DNA of 64,000 nt. It comes from Camelus dromedarius (taxonomy: Eukaryota). This document shows positions 23,886 through 36,297 of this stretch, in pieces. Under the pieces are notes generated by a model. That model was not told the DNA's origin. It did no database searches and was given only the letters and a program-made list of their open reading frames with translations. The position numbers and the translations under genes are program-made. The stretch covers positions 20,834,001 through 20,898,000 of the forward strand of contig NC_087436.1 in assembly GCF_036321535.1 (NCBI RefSeq). The letters are read 5' to 3'. The stretch's first letter is position 1. Every line of letters begins with the position of its first letter.

Positions 23886-25009
23886 TCTAGTAGTTTGGGT
23901 TTGATTGCTTGTTTGTTTGTTTTACTTTTTTTTAAAGTAGCTAGGTGAAGTTTACTAAATAGTCACATGACTCTTAAGACCTGTCACTTAGGGGAGTGTC
24001 ATATCTTATCCTTTGGCATATAGATTAAATCTCTTGTTCACTCTTTTTTTTTTTTTTTTTTTTGTTGCTGAACTAACATGTTTCTGCTGGAGTTTCAACT
24101 CTGTGCCCTTTTCTAGTATGTTCATTCTCTGTATCTTGCTATTAAATAAAATGGCTAGAGATTTAGGTAAAACTGAAACAATTGTAGTCTAGTTCCTATC
24201 TTTTCTGCAGTGGTTTCTCCCAACGTCTCCTGTATCAGAACAGATCTGATCTGAGAGGAGTATGTGGTCCTTGCTCCCTCTGCATTTCCTTTAGCTTGAT
24301 GTTTTTAGGCTTCCTACTTCCCATGGGCAGAATTCCTTCAGGCTGACCAGCTAAATGCCTGAGGCAGGTATAGGAGACTCTACTGTCCATCAACCAAGCC
24401 AGCACATGCAGATCCTATTCTGACTGTCGAGTGTTTTCTCTGCATTCCTTCCTGAGGACAACATGTGCATTGTGTCAAGAATGGTAATGTTCCGTGAGTC
24501 CTCCTTCCCAGGACACTGGCTCCCATTGACTGCATGTAGAATCTGTCAACAATTCTTTCCTGTCCCCTGTTCTTTAATTTAGTCCATGCCAGGGGAATAA
24601 TAAAGATGTATTTTGTGGCAGGAAAATCAATTGCAGGGATGTAGCCTGTGACACATCTACCATCAGTATTGATACAGCTCCTACCCAACACCTGCCCTGG
24701 AACTCTCGATTTTTTTTTTTTAAGTGTTTCTTATCAACCTTTTCATTAGCGAAAATGGGAAGCTATCAGCTGTGAATTTTCATTAAAATTTGGTTAAAAT
24801 TTAAATTCCATTCTTATGATTTCCAGGGTCTTCTTCCAGTGGACCATCATTTCGTTTAACCCGTGCCTCACTTCACATTTTTTTTAGATTAACTTCTGCC
24901 TTAAATTACTTCACTTTCTTTAGAAGAAAAAGTGACATGGAATTACTATGTGAGCAGAATATGTTCCCTTTTCATGCATGCCTATGGAGAAAATGAAAAA
25001 ATAACCAAC

Positions 25010-26345
25010 TCGTAAGGATAGACAAGGGAACAGAATTAAGAGTCCAGAAATAGACCCTTACACTTATAATCAGTTGATTTACAAAAAAAGGTGCCAAAGC
25101 AATTTCAATAGGGAAGGAATAATCCTCTTTTCAATAAATGGCACTAGGATATTTGGATAGTCACATGCAGAAAGATGAACTTAAGACTTAACTCAAAATG
25201 GATTAGATTTGGAAATAAACCCATACATTTATGGTCAATTAATTTTAGACCCGGTAAGACAGTTTAATGGAGAAAGAATAGTCTTTTTAACAAATGGTGA
25301 TAAGACAACTGAATATCCATATGCAAAAGAATAAAGTTGGACCCCAGACTCACAAAATATATAAAAATTAACTCAAAATGGATCAAATATCTAAATGCAA
25401 TAGTTAAAACTGTAGAACTTCTAGAAGAGAATATATGTGTAAATCTTTGTGACCATGGATTAGGCAATGGTTTCTTAGCTATGAAAACTTAAAAAATAGA
25501 TAAATTAGGCTTTTTCAAAATTGAAAATGTTTGTGCTTCAAAGGATACTATCAAGAAAACTGAAAGACAACCCATACAATGGGAGGAGATATTTCCAAAT
25601 AATATATCTGATAAGGATCTAGTACATAGAATACATAAAGAACCCTTACAACTCAATAATAAAAAGGGGTATTTCAAATTTTTCAGATTGGCAAAGGAGT
25701 CGAATAGACATTTCTCCAAAGAAGATGTACAAATGGCCAATAAGTATGTGAAAAGATGCTCAGCATTATTAGTCATTAGGGAAATGCAAATCAAAACCAC
25801 AGTGAGATACTACTTCACACACTCTAGAATAGTAGTAATTTTTTTAAAAGGACAATAACAAGTGTTGGTGAGGATGTGGAGAAATTGGAACACTTAAACA
25901 CTGCAGGTAGAAATATAAAATGGTGCAACCACTTTGGAAAATAGTTTGGCATTTCCTAAAATAGTTAAAAATGGAGTTATATGACTCAGCAATTCTACAC
26001 ATAGGTATATGCACAAGAGAAATGAGAATATATATTTACGCAAAAGCTGTATGTGAATTTTCATAGCTGCATTATTCATAATGGCCAAAGAGCAAAAACA
26101 GTCCAAATGTCCGCCAACTGATGATTAATTAAACAAAATGTGGTATAGTCATATGATGGAATATTATTCAGCCATAAAAAGAATGAAATACATGCCACAA
26201 TGTGCATGACCCTGGAATCATTACTCAAAGTGAAAAGAGCCAGGCGCACAGGGTTCCTTATTGTATGGTTACATTTACATGAAATGTCCAGGAGAGGCAA
26301 ATCACTCGTAGAGATAGAAAGTAAACTGGGTTTGCCTGCGGCTCT
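25010..26345 (+). mobile_element. L1 (L1MA/MB-like) ORF2 3' end and 3'UTR, two overlapping-homology fragments
   Basis: Classic ORF2 motifs 'agacatttctccaaagaagat', 'gggaaatgcaaatcaaaaccacagtgagatac' and 'aacaagtgttggtgaggatgtggagaaattgg'. Confidence 0.9.
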
Positions 26346-26429
26346 TGTGGGAATAGTGATTAGGATGTGGTTAAGTTCTGTCCCGTATAGATTTTTGCTT
26401 GTGTCTTCAAAAATCCTCCCCCAAAAGGG

Positions 26430-26750
26430 CTCATATTATAGTGCACTCATTAAATTCTCTACGTGGATTACTCCGTTTGACCTCACAAAAATGCTATTGG
26501 TGGGGAGGGTATAGCTCAGTGTTGAGTCTGTGTTTAGCATGCACGAGGTCCTGGGACTGAGCCCAGTACTTCCATTTAAAGAAAAATACTACAAAGTAAG
26601 CATTCTTTTTTAATCATCCCCATTTTTTCAGAAAAGGAAACAAAAGAAAGGGAGATGAGTAATTTACCAAAAACCACTCACTTAGCAAGTAGCATGTCCG
26701 AGATTCTAATACAAGACAATTTGACTCCAGAAACATTCTCTTAACCTTTC
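26430..26750 (-). mobile_element. MIR SINE interrupted by a tRNA-derived SINE
   Basis: 'atccccattttttcagaaaaggaaac...tttgactccaga' MIR motifs flank the SINE insertion. Confidence 0.55.
26502..26581 (+). mobile_element. tRNA-Ala-derived SINE (camelid Vic-1-like)
   Basis: 'ggggagggtatagctcagtg...ttagcatgcacgaggtcctggg...cttcca' plus an A tail. A box present, B box degenerate. TSD aaaaatgcta (26487-26496) / aaaaatacta (26582-26591). Confidence 0.8.
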
Positions 26751-29700
26751 TGAGATGAGACAGTTTCATGGTTATTAAGTAAACCTTGCTTTGAATTTAT
26801 CAGGCAAAACATAGTTCATGGCTTAACCAATTATAACATAATGGACTCACCAAACATTTCCTTGGGGAGGTTGCATTTCAAGAGAATTAAACTGTCCTCT
26901 ATCTAAATCATTAAAGGTAGTCATAAAAATTATTTTGAAAAAATTAAATCTTACATCCAACAGAACATTCAGCTTAGCAGAACGCAAGTTAGGCTGGACA
27001 AGGTGTATGTCTTGTGTAGCGTGCAGATTGTGCTTTCCATTCTGACCTGCTCACAATCTTTCTCTGTTTCACATTGTGAGTTGCAGACAGACGCCCCTGG
27101 CCTCAACAGTGTCTACATTTCTCTGGCTGGGTTCTAAGCAGCACTACCCAATCCGCTCAGATTTCTTCCATGGTCCTCACGCTGCTCCATGATGAGCTTT
27201 GGGCCAAAGACTGCAAACAATACAGGCCAGGTGACAGGACTGTATCACAGAGTGGCCTCCAAATGACAAAAGTAGGTCAGAGGTCTGACCCGGTGCCACA
27301 GAGGGTGCATGCCTTCTGTTCACACCCCAAACACTCAACCACAGGCCACTGGACCCCAAGAGGAATCTGAGAGAACAGAGAACAGCCAGTTAGATTCCTT
27401 GAACTTGTTAATTCATTTGTAAGGTAGAGATGATAATCACCTTCTCTGACGTAACAGAGGTTTTTGAACACCGAAAAAGATAATCAATGTGACATCCTTT
27501 GAAAGCTATAAAGCACTGTAACAGCCAAGTGATAATTATGAATGTGTAATACATTTTGTGAATCTAATTTGATTTTTCTCTGGACTTCTACTAAACACAG
27601 ATTTTCCTTTTAAGTTGAGCGTAAATTCTGCCATCATTTACTGAACATCAATTTTACAAAATCAGACCTGGCCCAAAATGTTGCCATCATAGCTGAAGGA
27701 TCGGAAAAAAGTAAACACTAGATCATCCACGGAAGTTTTATTGTCCACCCAGAAAATGACTAAATTACCTACAACTGCATACCTCTTAACCATTCAGTTT
27801 TCTTTTGAATAAATGTAAAGGAATTACTATTCCAATAGCAAAGGGAAAACTGAGTATCTCTGAAAGCCTAATGTCTCAGGTAAACTTTCTGTTGGTTTTT
27901 GTCTTTTTTAGGGTGCACCCTTGTTTTCAGTTGGTTGTGTGTTGCAAGGCTTTTATTAGTAAGACAAAGATGACTTTATTTGGTTTTTGTTCCTTGATGA
28001 AAAAAGAAATATGGAGTTCATGAGCTGCTATCTGGAGAATTTCAAACCTCATTCTTTTATTTTTTTTTCTTCTTCCCTGAAGACCAGTCTATCCCCCTGA
28101 GCCTTCTTAACCCCCTTTCCGTGGATTCCCTATGTGAGCTCACAAGTGTTAGAACTTGTGTGGCTGCCCCTGCTTCAGATTATTTAGTGCATACTGCAGA
28201 ACCAACGAGTGTATTTTTCTTGTCCACGGGTCATTTCCTTGCCACATACCTAAACAGCTGGAGAGAACTGACACTCAGTGTTGGGAATTCAATCTACGTG
28301 ATGTTTGCATTTGTGTCTTTTTAGTAATTCAAAGGCTGGCTTGGGGGTTGAATGTCAATTTTATAAACTTCTCTGCAGCCAAGTTTAACTTGATTTATCC
28401 ACCTCTTAGTATACTTAGCTTATCTTTGCTTTTCCAGCATTCGTTACAAAGAAATAGTCTCATTAAAAGAAATAGATTATTGGTCATTTTTTTAGCTGAG
28501 AAATTCTAAGAAACTTGTAGGACAGTGATAGGTCAGGGGACAAAGATATACATAAGGAAAAAAAGTCAATCTCTATGAAATAAATACTTTTTTTTTGATA
28601 TGGTGTTATTGATCTCCAGGAACAGACACAGGTAGAGCAGTCCATCTCTGTAACAAGTGTAGGAGCAAAGAGCAAAGCACATGGAATTAAATTTTGAGCC
28701 AGATTTTAAGATGATGATTATTTACGAAAAGCAAAGTAAAGCAGGAAAAATATGTTTTAAAAACTTTCTACCAAATGAGTCTTTTCATAATGTAAAATCA
28801 CCATTAACATTTTATTTTTGGCTTTAATTCATGGATCATCCTTTGGTTTGACTTCCATTGTAAATTACAGTAGACAATGTCCATGATGTTAAAGCCATTG
28901 ACAGAGCATCCAGAAAATCATGCGTGGAATCACCTCAGTTACTCCAGCTCTGTCTCCCCAGCCAACAGTTTGAGTCCTCTTTGACTAAGTGAAGGTTATT
29001 TCCATCAAGCCATTTGACTTATTTTTCACTAACGTGGTGAGCTTACATTTCTTTCTGTTCTTGAAAAACAGGTACCTCATTCAACCAAACTAACCCAGTG
29101 GATCACACAACCTACAGCGCAACCACGAGCATTTAAATATTTGTGGAGGAAGCTGCCTAGGCTTAAGTCTGAGTGAAACGTTCCCTCCGCAGAGAACAGC
29201 TCTGGGTTTCTGGCCCTCCCGGGCTCTGTTCTGGTCCCACTTCCAGCATCTGGGAGGCAGAGATTCCAGAGGACCTTATTTGCCTAGTGTCACCCTATTA
29301 TTAGTTGGGGCAAGCATGATTTCACTTGTACACATATCTAGCTCTTCAACTTCACCCTCAATTAGAATATCTCCTGTTTAAAGTTTCAAATCAACCTAAA
29401 GAGTCTGGCTAGATGATTTACCAACCCCACACAAATTTTCTTCAGCAAGTCGTCTTTGATTCTTTGGCTTGCAACAGTATTCTGTGCCAAATCTGAAAAG
29501 CATTCTGGAAAGTTTATTCACAGGCCAAGCAATCAAAGCTGTGCCTTTTTAGTTTTGAGTGGGTTGTTTTTTTTTTTTTTTTTTTGGAACTGCCACAATT
29601 TCATCATAAAAACGATTTCAAACAGAGCCGTCTTCCGTAGTAAAATTGCCTGTTTGCCCACATACATGTACAGGTAATTACCAGGGTTAACCGGTAATGT

Positions 29701-31270
29701 TACTTAAGTAATCGTTTTTATATTGTATAATTATGTAATTGTGATTACATGTGACATGTTATTATGGAGGTTTCCAAAAGCACGTGGCTTTTTAGTATAG
29801 ACAGATAAATCCAAGCCTGGCAAGGTAATTGGAATCATCCGAATTCATGTGACCTAGACTCTCAGGGAACTTATGTTCTCTCTTTTCTTTCCTTTATTAT
29901 TATTTTTTTAATGTTCTTATGACCCTGAATAAACATGTCTGCAAAATGTACCCTTAACTCAAAAAGAGAAGGATGCTTCTGGATCTTTGTGTGCTTCCAC
30001 TGATACAAACGTGAAAATGCGCAGCAACATCCATGATTTGAAAAAACACTGTTAGACCTTTAAACGGCTTTTTAATTTTTGTTTTTTATTTGCCATGCTA
30101 CAAACTTAATCAGAAACGTAGATGGCGTAAATGAGGTCAGAAAAGACTAATAAAGGAAGAAGTCAAACAAAAACCACAGATGCTTCAGCTAAATAGCTTT
30201 TCTCCTTATTTATCCTCCATGTCTTTAGCCAGAAATGTGGTTATCGCTCCCATCCTTCAGAAGTTTCTATCCTAATACTTCCTGTCATCCTGAGTGTTTT
30301 CCCACTAAATCTGTGCTGCTTCTGCTGTCAGATACAGTAAGTAAGATTTCCTCCAAGTCCTTTGGGAAAATAGAAAATTTTACTAAACATGTAAGTTTCC
30401 TTGAGGTATAAATGTGAAGGATTTGGAAAAGATAGATCGATTTGAAAAACGGGTTGGCATGTTACTCTTTTCCTGTACAAAATAGGTATTTTGTTACCTA
30501 TTTTCAGAGAAAACATGGAATTTGAAAGTTTTTTTTTAGGAAGACGCTTCAAATAGCACTTCATGCTGGTGTTTTGGTTAATTTATCAGTTTAAAGCACT
30601 TATTTTTAACTAAACAATAAACATTTTCAGTTTTAATACGTGTTTGATAAAACACAGATTTCTAATCATTGTAACACCTCAGATTCTCCAAATTCCTATA
30701 GTGTGGTTTTCATAACCTGCAGGCTCTTTTCCAAACTTCTGCTCAAGCATATTTTTATTGTATCCACTTTAAATGAGAAAAAAATTAACTCTTGCAAAAC
30801 AGAATTCTCAGCATCCGGGAAGTGGATTAATGAGGCCACTTGTGTTCTCTTTCCCTCTGAAGCTGGCTTCACATCCATTTTGCCTATTGAAGATATTTAT
30901 AACACTCCTAGTATAGCCAAAGAATTAAGCTCTGTGTTTAAATCTTAGCCTTCATTCTTATCGATCTTGGGCAAAACCCTTGACATCTCTTGGCTTCCAT
31001 TTCTTCCTCAGCAGATCTGCACACATGTTCATCCCTGCTGCTCGAATGTGCTGGGGGGATTAAATGTCAAAGAGTGGAAAGTACTCAGATTGTACCTTAA
31101 GCTTAGTTTTTCACATGTTAGCTTTCAAGTAATAACGTCTGAACATGGTAATATTTTTCCTAATTAATTCTTGAACCATGTTTAAAATCCGGGTCATGGA
31201 TTTGATGGCAGGACGCCAACCAACAAACACCTCCTGATTCAGCTGCTCTTTCCTTCCCGTTTTCCTTCAG

Positions 31271-31421
31271 TCAAATGACTATCCTTGTGTACACAAGCAT
31301 ACATTGCTCTAAGTCTGCGCCTTTACCTGAAGTCCCCTCCTCTGTCTTCCACCAAACCTGTTTTACCCTTTTTTGCAAAGATGCTTTCTTTCTTACCTGC
31401 TCCGTGAAGTCTTTCCGACAG
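31271..31421 (+). other. Candidate spliced exon (151 nt), host transcript unknown
   Basis: Long pyrimidine tract 'ctctttccttcccgttttccttcAG' before it and CAG|GTAAGA after it. One frame is open but the peptide is not recognisable. Confidence 0.35.
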
Positions 31422-32169
31422 GTAAGAAACTAGTTCTGACCAATTTATCGTTCTGCTCAGCTGGATGGCTGCAGTTTGGTTATGCTTATATCTGTTTTCT
31501 GTGGCATGTGTGTGCTTGGATGTCATGTGCTTGTACAGGATTCTTTGTCTAGCTTCTTTTCTTTTTTAATCCAGGAGAGTGGTGTTTCCAGTGTGGGTGT
31601 GTCATTCTGGACGTCAAGCTAGAGCTGGTGTGGTCAGCTGATTGCCAGATATGGAGGGCGTAGTCAGAGACCTTTCTTAAACTTTAAAGATGCACATTTG
31701 GAAAAGAAAAAAAAAAGCACACTTGTACATGACTTCACGCTTGTATATGACAGCTATAACCATAGAGACGCATCCTTAAAGGAGAACAACAAATACATTT
31801 ATGAATTATACCGTCCCATATATATTCTACTATGTTCTATTATAAAGGACATTATTTCAGGAAGTTTCTTCTGCTTGCAAGAAATAGAGAACTTTATTCT
31901 CAGGGATTCAGGAGAGAGTAGCCATTTGGATTCTTTTGGATAAAAATCGAAAAGCTAAATGGAGGAAGAATTAGGTGTGCTAGAAAGTCTGAGCAGTAGG
32001 ATCTTATGCCCTTGGGTCACCATTTCTGTGATTCACATACCCTCAGCTTGCTTGTTCCCTTCCCCTCTTACGGTTGACTGGCTCAGAATTTGCCAAACCT
32101 CTTTCATCTGCATTCCCCCACCACGATTTTTGCCCTGTCAAATTACCACCTGCTCTATGTATCATTTAA

Positions 32170-32204
<35 letters not shown>

Positions 32205-32402
32205 TCAGCTCACTTTTTACTTTAACAAAGAGATTTCAGTATTATATTTTTATCATAAGTCCAAAAAAGCAGTACCTTGGCCTTACAATACAGGCAAAAT
32301 GAACCCAAGGACATCCTGAGCCCATGGCTCATTTTCATCTTCGTCTTGATGGAGCAGAGGGAATCCACAAACGTCCCTCTCCTTCCCTCCTCTCCCTGCC
32401 AG

Positions 32403-32568
32403 CAGCAGGTTCCAACCTCGGCTGCATTTTAGAGTCACCTGGGTAATTAAAAACATACTTTTGCTTGAAAAGTACCTCCAGAGATTAATTGTTTTGTTGT
32501 GAGGTTTGGATGTCAGTATTAAAAAGCCCCCAAGTGATTCTAATGTGTAGCCAAAGCTGAGAAGCACT
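32403..32568. mobile_element. MER5-like hAT-Charlie MITE
   Basis: 'ggctgcattttagagtcacctggg...ccccaagtgattctaatgtgtagccaaagctgagaagcact'. Confidence 0.7.
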
Positions 32569-33146
32569 ATCAGAGAGATGCCCCCCTCCCAATACCTCTC
32601 CTTCGAATGAACTTCAGAGATGTGAGTCTCTGCAGATCATAAATGAAAGCAACGCAGGCGTAAGGTGCCTCCCACAAGTATATCACCAGAGTTACCTGAT
32701 TTGGTATCAGATGGTGTGTATACCACTGTTTTAGGAAAGCTGGGATGTTTAGTCTCTCCATATATTTTGTTTACTGTTTTTTTTTTCTCCTCTCATAACT
32801 GTTTATTCCTAGCTTCTGCCTCTTCTTAACTTCAAAAACCATCATGGTTCCCATATGTCTCATGAATTTTTGTCTGTATCTTCAATATCAGTTACCTTGA
32901 CCCAGTGACCCTGTTATCTGTATTTTCTGGTGCAAAATGCTGAGAAGGTCCTTGACGGTGTAGCACCATTTGCATCACTGTTGGTGTTACTATTGCTGGG
33001 CTGTGGGTCCAGAGCTCTTCTGTGACACGGGGAAGAGGACAGAGCAACAGTCATTTGCTATTGAATAGTGATGCCTGGGCAGTGAGGCTTAGGGATTCTT
33101 TGAAAGGATGTCACCCTTGCTTGGGCATTGATTGGTTTGGCCTGGA

Positions 33147-33315
33147 CAGTGTTTTTCCCATCTGGCTCATGATCAGAATCAACGTAGAATCTTGAGCATT
33201 TTGATTCTCTCCACCCAAATTCTAAGAAAGTTTGGGGGAGGGCCAGATTTTTGAGAATTTGTATTTTTTAATGGCTTCCAAGAGACTTAATGGTCACTTG
33301 GCTTCGATACCACTG
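33147..33315. mobile_element. MER5-like hAT-Charlie MITE (diverged)
   Basis: 'cagtgtttttccca...atcagaatca...ataccactg' terminal pattern. Confidence 0.45.
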
Positions 33316-35479
33316 GGTTAAGTGATCTCTGATGTTTTTTACTCTAAAAATGTTGGTTCTGTAATCACCCCTACAATAGAGGTGTTAACCTCCTTTTCTG
33401 GAAGCAATGACCACAGCTCCCATTTATTGAGATTTGCAGAACACTATTTCCAGGAAATATTAATTGGTGCTTGAATAACAAAAAACAAGGAGAAGAGGTG
33501 AAGAGTAAATCCTCCTCTTTTAGACTAACAATGTGTTAGAAGATTAGAGACTCTAAGAAAGCCTATTGTAAAAAGAAACCCGTTTCTTAACCAATGAAGT
33601 AACTTATTTGCAAAACTGACAGCTTTGTCTCAAGAAACCTAGTAATACTACTTTAAGTAGTTTTTCCTTCACTGGGCTTGGAGGCTGCAAGTCTGCACAA
33701 TATTCTGTATACAGTGAATTCTCCATAAATGCTACTGATTGACAAATGACCGGTAGAAGAAAGGGAAAAGGCTGAAGCTCAGATTCATCAATTTTGTTAA
33801 TTGTTAGCAGCCTGGGTAAAAGTTTTGATAAAGAGGTCAGAGCTAATGGTTCCAATGAGGTTTTTTTTGGTATTAACTAAGGTTTCATTCATCCTAGCTG
33901 CCAGCATATTTGATTAATCTACCCTAGTACCTCCTCCCACCCAAAGAGAATTATAATTTTGCTTCTATACCATATGGTGGAGGAGCAGGAATAGGATTTA
34001 CAACTGTGGACTGTAAGCCATTCATCATCTTCTTAAACCTCATTTGCCTTTCCAAGTTTCAATACAGTAGAATTAGTATTCGAATTAATTAATCCTACCT
34101 AGTGGCCTGTACATAAAAATGGGCCCCAACACCTGTCTGTTAAATGAGTCACAGATAATTCTTGCATCTTTGTTCCCTGGATTTTCTTTTCAACCACACC
34201 TACAGCAGATACTGCAAACAAGTAGGTGAATTTGCATTATTGATACCAGGGAGAGGGAACCAGTGTTTGCCAGAAGTTGATCTTTGTCTCGGGTGGATTA
34301 ATCACAGCTGAGGTCAAGATGAATAAATCTATGTTCCAGAATGGCCCGGTTACAGTTCAAGACTCAAAGAAAACAAAGGAAGTTAGAGGCTAGAAAGAGG
34401 AAGGAAGTGAAAGACTCTCCAAAAGAAAATACAGATGTTCTAAGAGACTCGTTATTGTTATAATTTGACTTTGTAAAAAGTCCAGCTGAACTTAGTGCTG
34501 TTTGGTCTTAATCAACAACATGCTGTATTGTGTCAATTCCATCATGGGACAGCGAATAGGAAATACCTTGGGGCCAATCTTATTAAAAGTTACATTTCTT
34601 TATATATGAAAAAATGAATATGTACTTTTAAAGCTTTTTAATTAAAAGTAATATATATATGTATATGTATACATACACCCAACACATCCACACACAGAAT
34701 CACTATAACACTTGCTCTCTCCTACAGAAAAAAATAGCTAAATATTTTCCTTTGAAATTTTCCATGCTATTACTCCTCCAAATAAACCAGGACTGTGAAT
34801 AGCTGTATTTTTACAAAAGTCACTGGTTTAGGTAAAAAGAGTTTAAATAGCTAGATGCCTGCAAATGCACTTAGAATATGTTTATAATATAGAACATTCA
34901 TTTCCAGTGGTATTATACTGAAGCAGTTGCTTACATTATTGGAAATGGGGAAATTGTTGCCACTTGGGTCAATCCATTTTCGTCTCTGACTACCCAGAAG
35001 CATGTGTGCCTGTTAACCCTTCCAGAGCCAGCCCCAACTCATTGTCTGTTGATTTCAATTGAATAGAGGAGGAAATTTTACTTGTTGTAAAGCTTCTAGT
35101 CCGGGTGTCTAGATAGCATGGTGATAAGCATCATATAAACAGAGAGGGATGGAATTCAAGTTACCTTTATCTATGCCTCCTTTCATATACAGTATGTGTC
35201 ATAGACAGACACCAGTGTCTCATTACATGACCACCCACAGAACACTACTCAGTGTGACATTCTTCAGGGGAAATTAACAGAAATGTTTTACCACATCAGT
35301 CTCTTCCAAGAACACTGATTCAATAGTAGTACTTACAAAGTGATCAGATGCCCATGGAAGCTTCCTTCTTCCACTGTTTTGGCTGAGGGGCATAATAAAT
35401 ACCTTGAATTCTAAAACCAGTTAAAGCAGAATGATACAGAAGAGAACACACTCACACACACACAAGCACACTCATGGAT

Positions 35480-35481
<2 letters not shown>

Positions 35482-35516
<35 letters not shown>
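35482..35516. repeat. (CA)n microsatellite
   Basis: Perfect AC run with an imperfect upstream extension. Confidence 0.95.
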
Positions 35517-35518
<2 letters not shown>

Positions 35519-35886
35519 TTTATGGATGTCAACTTCTCATCTATCGTTGATATTTCTGTATTTCCAGTATTCTCTCCCTATAGGCATGTAGCCATTTCTC
35601 CTGTTAGTCTCCACATTTTCTTACTAATTGTTATACATGGTTATAGTAAACACATACAGAATGGTTCTCTCTCCTTTAAAAACATTTTCAAAAAGTCACG
35701 AAGTTCATTGGATTTCAAAGAGCAAATGATGATTCCAAATGAAGTCTCCCAGACTCAAGAACATAATTAGTATTAGAAATCTTCAAAATCTGAATACTGA
35801 TTACCTAATATTTCTCTAAGAGTCACAATATAAGGAATATATCTAGATGTGCAGTTCATAATAGTATCTTTTTTAAACAAAGAGAA

Positions 35887-35920
35887 TTGTGATGCATACG
35901 GCTTTGTGATGCATACGGCT
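35887..35920. repeat. Perfect 17-bp tandem duplication
   Basis: ttgtgatgcatacggct x2. Confidence 0.95.
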
Positions 35921-36239
35921 TTCCCAGAGGAGCAGAACTGATCTGAGGCTTGATCCATCTACTGGAACGTTCAGGGCAGACGTGGAGGACCACACCATCA
36001 ACATCATTTTGTTTTCACACAGATACTGTATTTTTGTGATCTGAGTAGAAAGCTGTATGAAGAAATTTTTTCAGTAGCGGGAAGAGATTCGGTGATTAGA
36101 AGGGATGAAATAAGGCTAAAGGAGCCGTAATAACAAGGACAGTTCTGGCAGGAGAGTGGGCCTGGTGGAAAGGTGGAATTTGGAGACGGAAGATATGAAG
36201 AAATACAATTTACTGAACGTGCGTTAGAAGCAGACCACA

Positions 36240-36253
36240 GAGTGAGTGAGTGA

Positions 36254-36294
<41 letters not shown>
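36240..36294. repeat. (GAGT)n(GT)n compound microsatellite
   Basis: Direct reading. Confidence 0.95.

Positions 36295-36297
<3 letters not shown>

Noticed and set aside
26502..26581. Functional tRNA-Ala genes (also 57911-57995)
   Set aside because: Encoded CCA plus A tail, TSDs and degenerate stems or B box indicate retroposed SINEs.
31323..31526. 67-aa minus-strand ORF as a real gene
   Set aside because: No recognisable homology. Its length is within chance expectation and no partner exons were found.
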